Assembly: GCF_009914755.1 (NCBI RefSeq)
Contig: NC_060929.1
From: the human T2T-CHM13v2.0 reference genome, Homo sapiens
Length of the DNA: 64,000 nt
Reading direction: 5' to 3' (one strand)
Each line of letters opens with the position of its first letter. Positions within the stretch are counted from its first letter, which is position 1. Of the stretch, positions 1 through 17,600 are shown one piece after another. Position numbers and translations under genes: made by a program. Under the pieces are notes generated by a model that saw nothing but the letters and a program-made list of their open reading frames with translations, did not search any database and was not told where the DNA came from.

Positions 1-3000
1 CTCAGAATGCTTCTTTGTAGTTTTTATGTGAGGATATTTCCTTTTCCACCATAGGCAGCAAAGGTCTCAAAATATCCACTTGCAGAATCTACAAAAAGAG
101 TGTTGCATAACTGTTCAATCCAAAGAAAGGTTCAACTCTTTGTGATGAAAGCACACATCACAAAGTAGTTTGTCAGAATGCTTCTGTGTAGTTTTTATGT
201 GAAAATAACTCCTTCCCAACATAGGCCAAAAAGTGCTCCAAATATCCACTTGCAGATTCTACAAAAAGAGAGTTTCAAAACTGCTCAATCAAAATATAGT
301 TTCAACTCTGTGAGTGGATTGCACACATCACAAAGTGTTTCTCAGAATGCTTCTGTCTAGTTTTTCTGTGAAGAAATTTCCTTTTCCATTATGATTCTCA
401 AATCTCTCCTAATATTCACTTGAAGAGTCTCCAAAAAGAGTGCTGCAAAACTGCTCAATCAAAAGAAAGGTTCAACTCTGTGATATGAATTCACAAATCA
501 CAAAGTATTTTTTTAGAATGCTTCTCTGTAGTTTTTATGTGAAGATATTTCCTTTCCCACCATAGGCTGATAAGTGCTCCCAATATCAATTTGCAGATTC
601 TACAAAAAGAGAGTTTTAAAACTGCTCAATCAAAATATAGGTTCAACTCTGTAAGTGGAATGCACACATCAGAAAGGAGTTTCACGGAACGTTTCTGTGT
701 AGTTTTTCTGTGAAAATATTTCCTTTTCCACCATAGGCCTCAAAACGCTCCAAATAACCACCTGCAGATTCTACAAAAAGAGTCTTTCAAAACTGCTCAA
801 TGAAAATAAAGGTTCAACTCTGTGAGTTGAATGCACACATCACAAAGGAGTTTCTCAGAATGCTTATGTGTAGATATTTCCTTTTCCACAATAGGCATCA
901 AATTGTTCCAATTATCCACTTGCAGATTCTACAAAAAGAGTTTTTCAAAACGGCCCAATGTAAAGAAAGGTTCAACTCTGTGAGATGAAAGCATACATCA
1001 CAAAGAAGTTTCTGTGAATGCTTCTGTCTACTTTTTATATAAAGATATTTCCTTTTCCACTATACGCCTCAAAACCCTCCAAATATCCATTTGTAGATAC
1101 CAGAAAAAAACTGTTTAAAAACTGCACACTCAAAAGAAAAGTTAAATTCTGTGAGTTAAATGCACACATCACAAAGAATTTTCTCAGAATGCTTCCGTGT
1201 AGTTTTTATTTGAAGATATTTCCTTTTCCACAATAGGCCTCAAAGCTCTCCAAATATCCACTTGGAGATTTTACAAAAAGAGTGTTTCTAAGCTGCTCAA
1301 ACAAAACAAATGTTCAACTCTGTGAGATGAATGCACACGTCAAGAACTAGGTTCTCAGAAAGGTTCTGTGTAGTTTTTATGTGAAGATATTTCCTTTTCC
1401 ACCGCAGGCCTCCAAGCACTCCTAATATCCACCAGCATATCCTAGAAAAACAGTGTTTCAAAACTGCGCAATCCAAAGAAAGTTTCAACTCTGTGAGATG
1501 AATGCACACATCACAAAGTAGTTTCTCAGAATGCTTCTGTCTATTTTTTATTTGAAGATATTTCCTTTTCCACCATAGAAATCAAATATCTCCAAATATC
1601 CACTTGCAGATTCTTCAAAAAGAGTGTTTCAAAATTGCTCAATCAACAGAAACTTTCAACTATGTGAGATGAATGCACACATCACAAAGAAGTTTCTCAG
1701 AATGCTTCTGTGTAGTTTTTATGGGACGATGTGTAGTTTTTATGGGATGATATTTACTTTCCACAGTAGGCCCCAAATCGCTGCAAATATCCACTTACAG
1801 ATTCTACAAAAGGAGTGCTTCAAAATTGCTCAATCAAAAGAAAGTTTTAACTCTGTGAGATGAATGTACACATCACAAAGAAGTTTCTCAGAATGCTTCT
1901 GTCTACTTTTTATGTGAAGACATTTCCTTTTCCACCTTAGGCCTCAATGCACTCCAAATATCCACTTGCAGATCCTACAAAAAGTGTGTTTCAAAACTGC
2001 TTAATCAAAAGAAAGTTTAAACTCTGATAGATGAATGGACACACTCAAGGTAGTTTCTCCGTACGCTTCTGTCTAGTTTTTATGTGAAGATATTTCCTTT
2101 TCCACCATAGGACTCAAACCTCTCCACATATCCATTTGCAGATATCACAAAAACACTGTTGCCAAAGTGCACAATGAAAAGAAAGGTTAAATTCTCTGTG
2201 TTAAATACACATATCTCAAAGAAGTTTCTCAGAATACTTCTGTGTAGTTTTCACGTGAAGATATTTCCTTTTCCTCAATAGGCCTCAAAGTGCTCCCAAT
2301 ATCCACTTTCAGATTCAACAAAAAGAGTGTTTCAAAACTGCTCAATGAAAAGAAATTTTCAACTTGTGAGATGAATGCACACATCACAAAGAAGGTTCTC
2401 AGAATGCTTCCATCTGGTTTTTATGTGAAGATATTTCCTTTTCCACAACAGGCCTGAAAACTCTCCAAATCTCCATTTGCTAATACCACAAAAACACCGT
2501 TCCCAAAATGCACAATCAAAAGAAAGTTTCAACTCTGGGAGTGAAACTCACACATCACAAAAAGATTCACAAAGTGCTTCTGTGCAACTTTTATGTGAAG
2601 ATATGTCCTTTTCCACAATAGGCCTCAAATCGCTCCAAATATCCACTTGCAGATTCTACGAAAAGAGTGTTTCAAAATTTCTCAATCAAAAGAAAGTTTC
2701 AACTCTGTGTGATGAATGCAAACGTCACAAAGAAGTTTCTCAAAATGCTTCTGTTTAGTTTTTAGGTGAAGATATTTCCTTTTCCACCATAGGCCAAAAA
2801 GGGCTCCAAATATCCACTTGCATATTCTACAAAAAGAGAATTTCAAATCTGCTCAATAAAAATATAGTTTCAACTCTGTGAGTTGAATGCACACTTCACA
2901 AAGTAGTTTCTCAGAATGCTTCTGTGTAGTTCTTATGTGAAGATATATCCTTTTCCACCAGAGGCCTCAAAGCACACAAAATATCCACTTGCAGATTTTA

Positions 3001-6000
3001 CAAAAAGAGTGTTCACAAACTGCTCAATCAAAAGTAAGGTTCACCTCTGTGAGATGAATGCACACATCAGAAAGTAGTTTGTCAGAATGCTTCTGTCTAT
3101 TTTTTATATGAAGATATTTCCTTTTCCACCATAGGCCTCAAAGGTCTCCAAATATCCCTTGCAGATTCTGAAAAACAGTGTTTCAAAACTGCTCGATAAA
3201 AAGAAAAGTTCAACTGTTTGAGATGAATGCACACATCACAAAGAAGTGTCTCAGAATGCTTCTGTCTACTTTTTATGTGAAGATATTTTCTTTTCCACCA
3301 TACTCTTCAAAGCACTCCAAATATCCAACTGCAGTTTCTGCAGAAAGAGTGTTTCAAACTGTTGAATCAAAAGAAAGGTTCAAATCTGTGAGATGAATGC
3401 ACACATCACAAAGAAGTTCCTCAGAATGCTTCTGTCTAGTTTTTATTTGAAGATATTTCCTTTTCCACCATAGGACTCACAGTGCTGCAAATGTCCACTC
3501 GTAGATTCTACAACAAGAGTGTTTCAAAACTGCTCAATAGAAAGAAACATTCAACTCTGTGAGATGAATTCACACATCACAGAAAAGATTCTCAGAATTC
3601 TTCTGTGTTTTTTTTATATGAAGATATTCCCTTTTCCACCATAGGCCAAAAAGGGCTCCAATCCACTTGCAGATTCTACAACAACAGAGTTTCAAAACTG
3701 CTCAACTTGAAGAAAGGTTCAAAGTTGTGAGATGAATGTGCACTTCACAATGAAGTTTCTCAGAATGCTTCTGTGTAGTTTTCATGTGAAGATATTTCAT
3801 TTTCCCACATAGGCCTCAAAGCGCTCCAAATATCCACTTGCAGATTGTACAAAAACAGTGTTTCCAAACTGCTCTATAAATACAAAGATTCAACACTGTG
3901 AGATGAATGCACACATCACTAAGAAGTTTCTCAGAATGCTTCTGTCTAGTTTTTATATGAAGATATTTCCTTTTCCACCATTGGCCTTAAAACGCTTCAA
4001 ATATGCACTTGCAGATTCTAAACAAACAGTGTTTCAAACCTGTTCAATTAAAAAAAAGATTCAACTCTGTGAGATGAATGCACACATCACAAAGATGTTT
4101 CTCAGAATGCTGCTCTGTAGTTTTTATGTGAAGATATTTCCTTTCCCACCATAGGCCGAAAACTGCTCTAAATATCCACTTGCAAGTTTCTTCTAAAAGA
4201 GAGTTTGAAAACTACTCAATCAAAATATAGTTTTAACTCTGTGAGTTGAAAGTACACTTGACAAAATTTTCTAGGAATGCTTCTGTGTAGTTTTTATGTA
4301 AAGATATTTCCTTTTCCACAAAAGTCGGCAAAGATCTCCAAATATCCTCTTGCAGATACTACAAAAAGAGAGTTTCAACACTACTCAATCAAAAGAATAG
4401 TTCAGCTCCGTGAGTTGAATGTGCACATCACAAACAAGTTACTCAGAATGCTTCTGTGTAGTTTTTATTTGAAGATATTCCCTTTTCCACCATAGACAAC
4501 AAAGTGCTCAAAATATCCACTTGCAATTTCTACAAAAGAATGTTTCCAAACTGCTCAATTATTAAAAGAAACTTTCAAATCCTTGTGATGATTGCACACA
4601 TCACAAACAAGTTTCTGAGAATGCTTCCATGTAGTTTTTATGTGAAGATATTCCCTTTTCCACCATAGGCCTCTAAGCACTCAAAATATTCACTTGCAGA
4701 TTCTACAAAAAGAGAGTTTCAGAACTGCTCAATCAAAATATATGTTCAAATCTGTGAGTTGAACGCACACAAAACAAAGAAGTTTCACAGAATGATTCTT
4801 TCTGGTTTTTATGTTAAGATATTTCCTTTTCCATCATAGGCCTCAAAGCCCTCCAAATATCCACTTGTAGAAACTACATAAAGAGTGATTCAAAAGTACT
4901 CCATCAAAAGAGAAGTTCAATTCTGTGAGTTCAAAGCACACATCACAAAGAATTTTCTCAGAATGCTTCTGTGGAGTTTTTATTTGAAGATATTGCCTTT
5001 TCAATCATAGGCTCCAAATTGCTCCAAATATCCACTTACAGATTCTACAAGTGTGTGATTCCGAATTGCTCAATCAAAAGAAAGGTTCAACTCTGTGAGA
5101 TGAATGCACACATCACAAAGAAGTTTCTCAGAATGCTTCTGTCTAGTTTTTAGGTGAAGATATTTCCTTTTCCAACATAGGACTCAAAGCACTCCAAATA
5201 TCCACTTGCAGATTCTACAAAAAGAGTGTTTCAATACTGCTCAATGAAAACAATTTTCAACTCTGTGAGATGAATGCACACATCAGAAAGGAGTTTGTCA
5301 GAATTCTTCTGTCTAGTATTTATATGAAGATATTTCCTTTTTCCACCATAGGTCTCCCAACACTCCAAATATCCACTTCGGATTCTACAAAAAGAGTGTT
5401 TCAAAACTGCTCAATGTAAAGAAAGTTTCACCTCTGTGAGATGAGTACAACCATCACAACGAAGTTTCTCAGAATACTTCTGTCTAGTTTTTATGTAAAG
5501 ATATTTCCTTTCCCACAATAGGCTGAAAAGGCTCCAAATATTCACTTGCAGAATCTACAAAAAGAGTGTTTCAAAACTACTCAACCCAAAGAAAGGTTCA
5601 ATTCTGTGAGTTGAACGCACATATCACAGACAAGTTTCTCAGAATGCTTCTGTCTAGTGTTTATATGTAGATAATTCCTTTTTCCACCATAGGTCTCAAA
5701 ACGCTCCAAGTATCCACTTACAGATTCTACAAAAAGAGTGTTTCAGAACTGCTCAATCAAAGTAAAGGATGAACTCTGTGGGATCAATGCACACATCACA
5801 ATCAAGTTTCTCAGAATGCTTCTGTGGTTTTTATGTGAAGATATTTCCTTTTCCACCATAGGCCTCAAAGCTCTCCAAATATCCACTTGCAGATTCTGTA
5901 AAAAGAGTGTTTCAAAACTGATGAAAGAAAACAAAGTTTGAACACTGTGATATGAATGGACACATCGAAAAGAAGTTTGTCAAATGCTTCTGTCTGGTGT

Positions 6001-9000
6001 TTATGTGAAGATATTTCCTTTTCCACAGTAGGGCACAAAGCGCTCCAAACAACCACTAGCAGAATCTACAAAAAGAGGGTTTCAAAACTGCTCTATCAAA
6101 AGAAAGGTTAAAATCTGTGAGTTAAACGCAGACGAAACAAAGTAATTTCTCAGAATGCTTCTGTCTAGTTTTTATGTGACGATATTTCCTTTTACATCAT
6201 AGGCCTGAAAGCGCTCCAAATATCCACTTGCAGATTCTACAAAAAGAGTGTTTGAAAACTGCTCAATGAAAATAACTGTTCAACTCTGTGACTTGAATGC
6301 ACCCATCGCACAGAAGTTTCTCACAATGCTTCTGTGCAGTTTTTAGGTGAAGATATATCCTTTTAAACCAGACACCCCAAAGCGCTCCAAATATCCAGTA
6401 GCAGATTTTGCAAAAAGAGTGTTTCCAAATTGCTCAAACAAAACAAAGGTTCAACCCTGTGAGACGAATGCACACATCCCAAAGATATTTCTCAGAATGC
6501 TTGTGTCTAGTTTTTATTGAAAGATACTTCCTTTTCCGCCATAGGCCTCAAACCTCTCCAAATATCCTTTTGTAAATACCAAAAAAACACTGTTTTCAAA
6601 AAAAGAAATTTTCAACTCTCTGAGTTAAATGCACACATCACAACGAATTTTCTCAGAATGCTTCTGTCTAGCTTTTATTTGAAGATATTTCCTTTTCCAC
6701 CTTAGGCCTCCAATCGGTCCAAATATCCAATTGCAGATACTACAAAAAGAATGTTTCAAAACTGCTCAATTGAAAGAAGGGTTCAACTCTGTGAGATGAA
6801 TGCACACATCACAAAGAAGTTTCTCAGTATGCTTCTGTCTAGTTTTTATGTGAAGATATTTCCTTTTCCACCATAGGCCTCAAAACACTCCAAATATCCA
6901 TTGCAGATTCTACAAAAAGAGTGTTTCAAAACTGTTCAATGAAAACAAATTTGAACTCTGTTAGATGAATGGAGACATAAGAAAAATGTTTGTCGGAATG
7001 CTTCTGTCTAGTTTTTATGTGAAGTTATTTCCTTTTCCACAATAGGCCTCAAACGCTCCAAATATCTTCTTGCAGAATCTACAAAAAGAGTGTTTGAAAA
7101 CTGTTCAATCAAAACATAAGTTCAACTCTGTGAGTTGAATGCACACATCACAAAGAGGTTTCTCAGAATGCTTCTGTGGAGTTTTTATGTGAAGATATTT
7201 CCTTTTCCATCCATAGGACTCAAAGTGCTCCAAATACCTACTTGCAGATTCTAAAAATAGAGTGTTTCCGAACTGCTCAATAAAAAGAAAGGTTCAACTC
7301 TGTGAGTTGAACTAACACATCTCAAAGAAGTTTCTCAGAATGCTTCTGTCTATTTTTTATGTGAAAATATTTCCTTTTCCACCGTAGGCCTCAAAGCACT
7401 CCAAATATCCACTTCCAGATTCCACAAAAAGAGTGTTTCAAAAAAGCTCAATGAAAACAATGGTTCAAATCTGTGAGATAAACACACACATCAGACAGAA
7501 GTTTGTCAGAATACTTCTGTCTAGTTTTTATGTGAAGATATTTCCTTTTCCTCAAAAGGCCTAAAAGTGCTCTAAATATCCACTTGCAGATTCTAGAAAA
7601 GGAGTGCTTGAAAAATGCTGAATCAAAAGAAAGGTTCAACTCTGTGATATGAATGCACACATCACAAAGTAGTTTCTCAGAATGTTTCTGTGTAGTTTTT
7701 ATGTGAAGATATTTACTTTCACACCACAGGCTGAAAACGGCTCCAAATATCCCCTTGCAGATTCTACAAAAAGAGAGTTTCAAAACTGCTCCATCAAAAT
7801 ATAGATTCATCTCTGTGAGTTTGACTCACACACACAAAAAGAAGTTTCTCAGAATCTTCTGTCTAGTTTTAATGTGAAGATATTTCCTTTACCACTGTAG
7901 GCTGCAAAGGGCTCCAAATATCCATTTGCGGATTCTACAAAAAGAATGTTTCAAAACTGCTCAATCAAAAGAATGTTTCAACTCTGTGAGATGAATAAAC
8001 ACATCACAAAGGAATTTCTCAGAGTGCTTCTGTGTAGTTTTAATGTGAAGATATTTCCTTTTCCACAATAGGCCTCAAACCTCTCGAAATATCCATTTGC
8101 AGATACCACAAAAACACTATTTCCAAACTGCACAATCAAAAGAAAAGTACAGCTTTGTGATTTAAATGCAAATAACACAAAGAAGTTTCTTAGAATGTTT
8201 CTGTGTAGTTTTTATATGAAGATATTTCCTTTTCCTCTGTAGGCCACAAAAAGATCTTAATGTCCACATGGAGATGCTAGAAAAAGAGTGTTTAAAAACT
8301 GCGCTATCAAAAGAAGGCTTCAACTCTGTGAGTTGAACGTACACATCACAAAGAAGTTTCTGAGAATGCTTCTGTCTAGTTTTTACTTGAAGATATTTCC
8401 TTTTCAACCATAGGCCTCAAATCGTTCAAATATCATTTTCAGGTTCCACTAAAAGAGTGTTTCAAAACTGCTCAATCAAAAGGAAGGTTCAACACTGTGA
8501 GTTGAATGCACACATCACAAAGAAGTTTCCCAGAATGCTTCTGTGAAGTTTTTATGTGAAAATATTTCTTTTTCCACCTTAGGCTGCAACGGGCTCCAAA
8601 TATTCACTTGCAGAGTCTACAAAAAGAGTTTTTCCAACCTGCTCAATCAACAGAAAGGTTCAACTCTGTGAGATGAATGCACCATCAAAAAGAAGTTTCT
8701 CAGAATGCTTCTCTCTAGTATTTATGTGAAGATATTTTCCTTTCCACCATCAGCCTCAAAGCACTTCAAATATCCATTTGGAGATTCTACAAAAACAGTG
8801 TTTCAAAACTGCTCAATGAAAAGAAAGGTTGAAATCTGTGAGATGAATGCACACATCACAAAGAAGTTTCTCAGAATGCGTCTATTTTTTATGTGAAGTT
8901 ATATCCTTTTCCACTAGAGGTGGCAAAGCGCTCCAAATATTCACTTGCAGATTCTACAAAAAGATTGTATCAAAACTCCTTAATCCAAAGAAAGGTTCAA

Positions 9001-12000
9001 CTCTATCAGTTGTATGCACACATCACAAAGGAGCTTCTCCTAATGCTTCTGTGTACTTTTTATGTGAAGGTATTTAACTTTCCACAGTAGGCCCGTTAGT
9101 GCTCCAAATATCCACTTGCAGATTCTACAAAAGAAGTATTTCAAATCCGCTCAATCAAAAGAAAGGTCCAACTTTGTGAGATGAATGCACACATCCCAAA
9201 GAAGTTTCTCAGAATGCATCTCTCTAGTTTTTATATGAAAATATTACCTTTTGTACTGTAGGCAGCAAAGCGCTCATAATATCCACATGCAGATTCTACA
9301 GAAAGAGTGCTTCAATGCTGCTCAATCAAAATACAGTTTCAAATCTGTGAGTTGAATGCACACATCCCAAAGAAGTTTCTCAAAATACTTCTGTGTAGTT
9401 TTTATGTGAAGATATTTCCTTTTCTCCCATAGGCCTCAAAGCGCTCCAAATATCCATTTGGAGACTCTACAGAAAGAGTGTTTCAAAACTGCTCAATGAA
9501 AAGAAAGTTTCAACACTGGGAGATGAATCCGCAAGTCAAAAAAATGATTCTCAGGATGCTTCTGTCTAGTTTTTATATGAAGATATTTCCTTTTCCATCA
9601 TAGGCCTCAAAGTGCTCCAAATATCCACGTGCAGATTCTACAAACAGAGCATTTTGAAACTGCTCAATCAAAAGAAAGTTTCAATTCTGTGAGATGAATG
9701 CACACATGAGAAAGAATTTTGTCAGAATGCTTCTGTGTAGTTTTTATGTGAAGATATTTCCTTTTCCACAATATGCCTCAAAGCGCTCCAAATATCCACT
9801 TGCCGATTCTACAAAAAGGGTGTTTCAAAACCGCTCAATCAAAAGAAAGTTTCAACTCTGTGAGATGAATGCAAATATCACGAAGAAGTTTCTCAGATTG
9901 CTTCAGTGTAGTTTTTATGTGGAGATATTTCCTTTTCCACCATAGGCCTGAAAGCGCTCCAAATATCCACTTGCAGATTATTCAAAACGAGTGTTTCCAA
10001 ACTGCTAAATGTAAAGAAAGATTCAAGTCTGTGAGATGAATGCACACATCATAGAGAAGTTTCTCAGAACGCTTCTGTCTAGTTTTTAGGTAAAATTTTT
10101 TCCTTCTCCACCATAGGCCTCAAAACTCTCCAAATATCCATTTGCAGATACCACAAAAACACTGTTTCCAAAGTGCGCAATCAAAACAAAGGTTCAACCC
10201 TGTGAAGCTTTGTACACGTCACATGAAGTTTCTCAGAATGCTTCTGCGTAGATTTTATATGACAATATTTCCTTTTCCACAATAGGTCTCATTGTGCTCC
10301 AAATATCCTCTTGGAGATTCAGCAAAAAAAATGTTTCAAGACTTCTCAATCAATACAAATGTTCAACTCTGTGAGACGAATGCACACATTACAAAGAAGT
10401 TTCTCAGAAAGCTTCTGTCTAGTTTTTATGTGAAGATATTTCCTTTTCCACAATAGGCCTCCAAACCCTCCAAATATCCACTGGCAGATTCTACAAAAGA
10501 GTGTTTCAAAACTGATGAATCAAAAGGAAGGTTCAACTCTGTGAGATGAATGCACACATTACAAAGTAGTTTCTCAGGATGCTTCTGTCTAGTTTTATTT
10601 GAAGATATTAACTTTTCCACTATATGCCTCAAATTGCTCCAAATATCCACTTGCAGATTCTACAAAAAAAAGTTTCAAAACTGATGAATCAAAACAAAAG
10701 TTCAACTCTGTGACATAAATGCACACATCACAAAGAAGTTTCTCATAATGCTTCTGTGTAGTTTTTATGTGAAGATATTTCCTATTCTACCATAGGCCTC
10801 AAAAATCTCCAAATATACATTTGCAGATACCAGAAAACACTGTTTCCAAACTGTGCAATCAAAAAAAAGTTCAACTCTGTGAGATGAATGCACACATCTG
10901 AAGGAAGTTTCTCAGAAATCTTCTGTCTAGTTTTTATGTGAAGATATTTCCTTTTCTACATGAGGCCTCAAAGCGTACCAAATATCCACTTGCAGAATCT
11001 GCAAAAAGGGTGTTTCAAAACTGCTCAATGAATAGAAAGTATCAACTCTGTGAGATATATGCACACATCACAAAGAAGTTCCTCAGAATGCTCCTGCCTG
11101 GTTTTTATGTGAAGATATTTACTTTCCACCTTAGGCTTCAAACCTCTCCAAATATCCATTTGCTGATACCACAAAAACACTGTTTCCAAACTGTGCAATC
11201 AAAAGAAAGTGTCATCTCTGTGACTTAAACGCACACATAACAAAGAAGTTTCCCAGAATGCTTCTGTCTAGTTTTATGTGAAGATATTTCCTTTTCCACA
11301 ATAGGTCTGAAAGCGCTCCAAATATCCTCTGCCAGATTCTACAAAAAGAGTGTTTCAAAACTGCTAAATCAAAAGAAAGTTTCAAATCTGTGAGTTCTAC
11401 GCACACATCACAAGAAGCTTCTCAGACTGATTCTGTGTAGTTTTTATGTAAAGATATTACTTTATCCACCATAGGCATCAAACCTCTCCAAATATCTATT
11501 TGCAGATTCCACAAAAACACTTTTTCCAAACTGCGAAATCAAAAGAAAGTTTCAACTCTGTGAGTTAATTTCACACATCACAATGAAGTTTTTCAGAAAG
11601 CTTCTGTCTAGATTTTATATGAAGATATTTCCTTTTCCACTAGATGCTGCCAAGCGCTCCAAATATCCACTTATGGATTCTAAAAAAAGAGTGTTTCAAA
11701 ACTGCTCAAGCAAAAGAAAGGTTCAACTCTGTGAGTTGAATACACACATCACAAATAAGTTTCTGAGAATGCTTCTCTCTAGTTTTTATGTGAAGATATT
11801 TCCTTTTCCACGATTGTCCTCAAAGCGCTCCAATTATTCACTTGCAGATTCTACAAAATAAGGTTTAAAAACTGCTCAATGTAAAGAAAGCTTCAACTCT
11901 GTGAGATGAATGCACACATCACAAACAAGTTTCTCAGAATGTTTCTGGCGAGTTATTATGTAAACATATTTCCTTTTCCAACATAGGTGTCAAACCTCTC

Positions 12001-12320
12001 CAAATATCCATTTGCAGATACCACAAAAACATGGTTACCAAACTGCACAATCAAAGGAGGGTTCAACTCTGTGAGTTAAACACACACATCACAAAGAAGT
12101 TTCTGAGAATGCTTCTGTGTAGTTTTTATGTGAAGACATTTCCTTTTCCACAATCAGCCTCAAAGCATGCCAAATATCCAGTTGCAGATTCTACAAAAAA
12201 TGTGTTTCAAAACTGCTCAATCAAAAGAAAGATTCAACTCTGTTAGATGAATGCACACATCACAAAGAAGTTTCTCAGAATGCTTCTGTGTAGTTTTTAG
12301 GTGAAGATATTTCCTTTTCC
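1..12320 (-). repeat. Monomeric alpha satellite, block 1 (layer 1)
   Basis: Tandem ~171-bp monomers (...ctcagaatgcttctgtctagtttttatgtgaagatatttccttttccaccataggcctcaaagcgctccaaatatccacttgcagattctacaaaaagagtgtttcaaaactgctcaatcaaaagaaaggttcaactctgtgagatgaatgcacacatcacaaagaagttt...), the reverse complement of the ALR/Alpha consensus. Neighbouring monomers are clearly divergent and carry the A-type box ttccttttccaccatag. Confidence 0.99.
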
Positions 12321-14686
<2,366 letters not shown>

Positions 14687-17600
14687 GGGAAAGTTTCAAC
14701 CCTGTGATATAAATTCACACATCACAAAGAAGTCTCTCAGAATGCTTCTTTCTAGTTTTTATGTAAACATATTTCATTTTTCCACCATAGGACGAAAAGG
14801 GTTCCAAATATACACTTACAGATTCTACAAAACGTGTGTTTCAGAACTGCTGTATGAAAACAAAGGTTCAACTCTGTGAGATGAATGCACACATCTGAAA
14901 GAATTTTGTCAGAATGCTTCTGTCTAGTTTTTATGTGAAGATATTTCTTTTTCCACCTAAGGCTTCAAAGCGCTCCAAATATCACTTGCAGATTACATAA
15001 AAACTGTATTTCCAAACTGCTCAATCAAAAGAAAGCTTCAATTCTGTGAGATGAATGCACATATCAAAAAGAACTTTCTCAGAATGCTTCTGCCTAGTTT
15101 TTATATGGAGATATTTTATTTTCCACTATAGGCCTCAAAGCACTGGAAATATCCACTTACAGATTCTACAAAAAGAGTGTTTCAAAACTGCTCTATCAAA
15201 AGAAATGTTCAACTCTGAGAGCTGAACGCACTCATCACAAAGGAGTTTCTCAGAATGCTTCGGTATACTTTTTATGTGAAGATATTTCTTTTTCCACCAT
15301 AGGCCTCAAAGTGCTCCAAATATCCACTTGCAGATTCTACAAAAAGAGTGTTTCCAAACTGCTCAATGAAAAGAAAGTTTCAACTCTGTGAGATGAATGC
15401 ACACATCAGAAAAAGTTTCTCAGAATGCCCCAGTCTAGTTTTTATGTGAAGATATTTCCATTTCCACAATAGGCAGCAAAAAGCTCCCAATACCACATGC
15501 AGATTCTACAAAAAGAGAGATTCAAAACTGCTCAAACAAAAGAAAGATTCAAGTCTGTGAGATGAATGCACACATCAGAAAGAAGTATGTCAGAATGCTT
15601 CAGTGTAGCTTTTATGTGAAGATATTTCCTTTTGCACCATAGGCCTCAAAGCGCTCCAAATTTCCACTTCCAGATTCTACAAAAAGAGTGTTTCCAAACT
15701 GCTCAGTCAAAAGAAAGGTACAACTCTGTGAGATGAATGCACCCATCAGAAAGTAGTTTGTCAGAATGCTTCTGTCTAGTTTTTATGTGACGATATTTCC
15801 TTTTCCACCTAAGGCCTCAAAGCGCTCCAAATATCCACTTGCAGATTACATAAAAAGCATATTTCCAAACTGCTCAAACAAAAGAAACGTTCAACTCTGT
15901 GAGATGAATGCACATATCAAAAAGAAGTTTCTCAGAATGCTTCTGCCTAGATTTTATGTGAAGATATTTTCTTTTCCACAATAGGCCTCAAACGAAACCA
16001 AATATCCACTTGCAGATTCCACAAAGAGTGCTTCTAAACTGCTAAATGAAAAGAAAGGTTCAACTCTGTGAGATGAATGAGCACGTCAGAAAAAGTTTCT
16101 CAGAATGCCCAATCTAGTTTTTATGTGAAGATATTTTCTTTTCCACAATAGGCAACCAAAAGCTCCTAATACCACATGCAGATTCTACAAAAAGAGATAT
16201 TCAAAACTGCTCAATCAAAAGAAAGTTTCAACTCTGTGCGTTGAAAGCACACATCACAAAGAAGATTCTCTGAATGCTTCTCTGTAGTTTTTATGTGAAG
16301 ACATTTCCTTTTCCACCATAGGCGAAAAAGGGATCCAAATATCCACTTGCAGATTCTACAAAAAGAGTGTTTCAAATCTGCTGAATCAAAAGAAATGTTC
16401 AACTCTGTGAGTTGAAAGCACACATCACAAAGAAGTTTCTCACAATTCTTCTGTCTAGTTTTTATGTGAAGATGTTTCCTTTTCCACCATAGTCCTCAAA
16501 GCACTCCAAATATCTACTTGCAGAATCTACAAAAAGTGTTTTTCAAAACTGCTCAATCAAAAGAAACGTTAAACTCTGCGAGATGAATGCACACATCAGA
16601 AAGACGTTCGTCAGAATGCTTCTGTCCAGTTTTTATGTGAAGATATTCCCTTTTCCACAATAGGCCTCAAAGCACTCCAGATATCCACTTTCAGAATCTA
16701 CAAAAAGAGTCTTTCAAAACTGTTCAATCAAAACAAAGGTTCAACTCTGTGAGTTGAACGCACACATAACAAAGCAGCTTCTCAGAATTCTTCTGTGTAG
16801 TTTTTATGTGAGGGTATTTCCTTTTCCGTCAAAAGCCTCAAAGCACTCCAAATATCCACTTGCAGATTCTACACAGAGTGTTTCAAAAGTGGTCAATCAA
16901 AAGAAACGAAGAAATCTGTGAGACGAATGCACATATCATGAAGGAGTTTCTTGGAATGCTTCTTTCTAGTTTTTATGTGAAGATATTTCCTTTTTCCACA
17001 ATTGGCCTCAAAACCCTCCAAATATCCATTTGCAGATTCTACAAAAGGAGTGTTTGAAAACTGCTCAATGTAAAGAAATGTGCAACTCTGTGAAATGAAT
17101 GCACACATCACAAAGAATTTTCTCAGAATGCTTTTGTCTAGTTTTTATGTAAAGATATTTCCTTTTCCACAAAAGGCTGCAAAGGGCTCCAAATACGCAC
17201 TTCCAGATTCTACAAAAAGAGGTTTTGAAAACTGCTCAATCCAAAGACAGTTTCAGCTCTGTGAGCTGAACGTACACATCACAAAGAAGTTTCTCAGAAT
17301 ACTTCTGTTTAGTTTTCATGTGAAGATAATTCGTTTTCCACCATAGGCCTAAAAGCACTCCAAATATCCACTTGCAGATTCTACAAAAAGAGTGTTTCAA
17401 AACTGGTCAATGTAAAGAAAGGTTCAACTGTGTGAGATGAATGCACACATGACAATTAACTTTCTCAGAATGTTTTGTCTAGTTTTTATGTGCAGATATT
17501 TCATTTTTCCACAATAGGTCTAAAAACGCTCAAAATATCCACTTGCAGATTCTACAAAAAGAGTGTTTCAAAAGTAGTCAATGTAAAGAAAGGTTCAACT

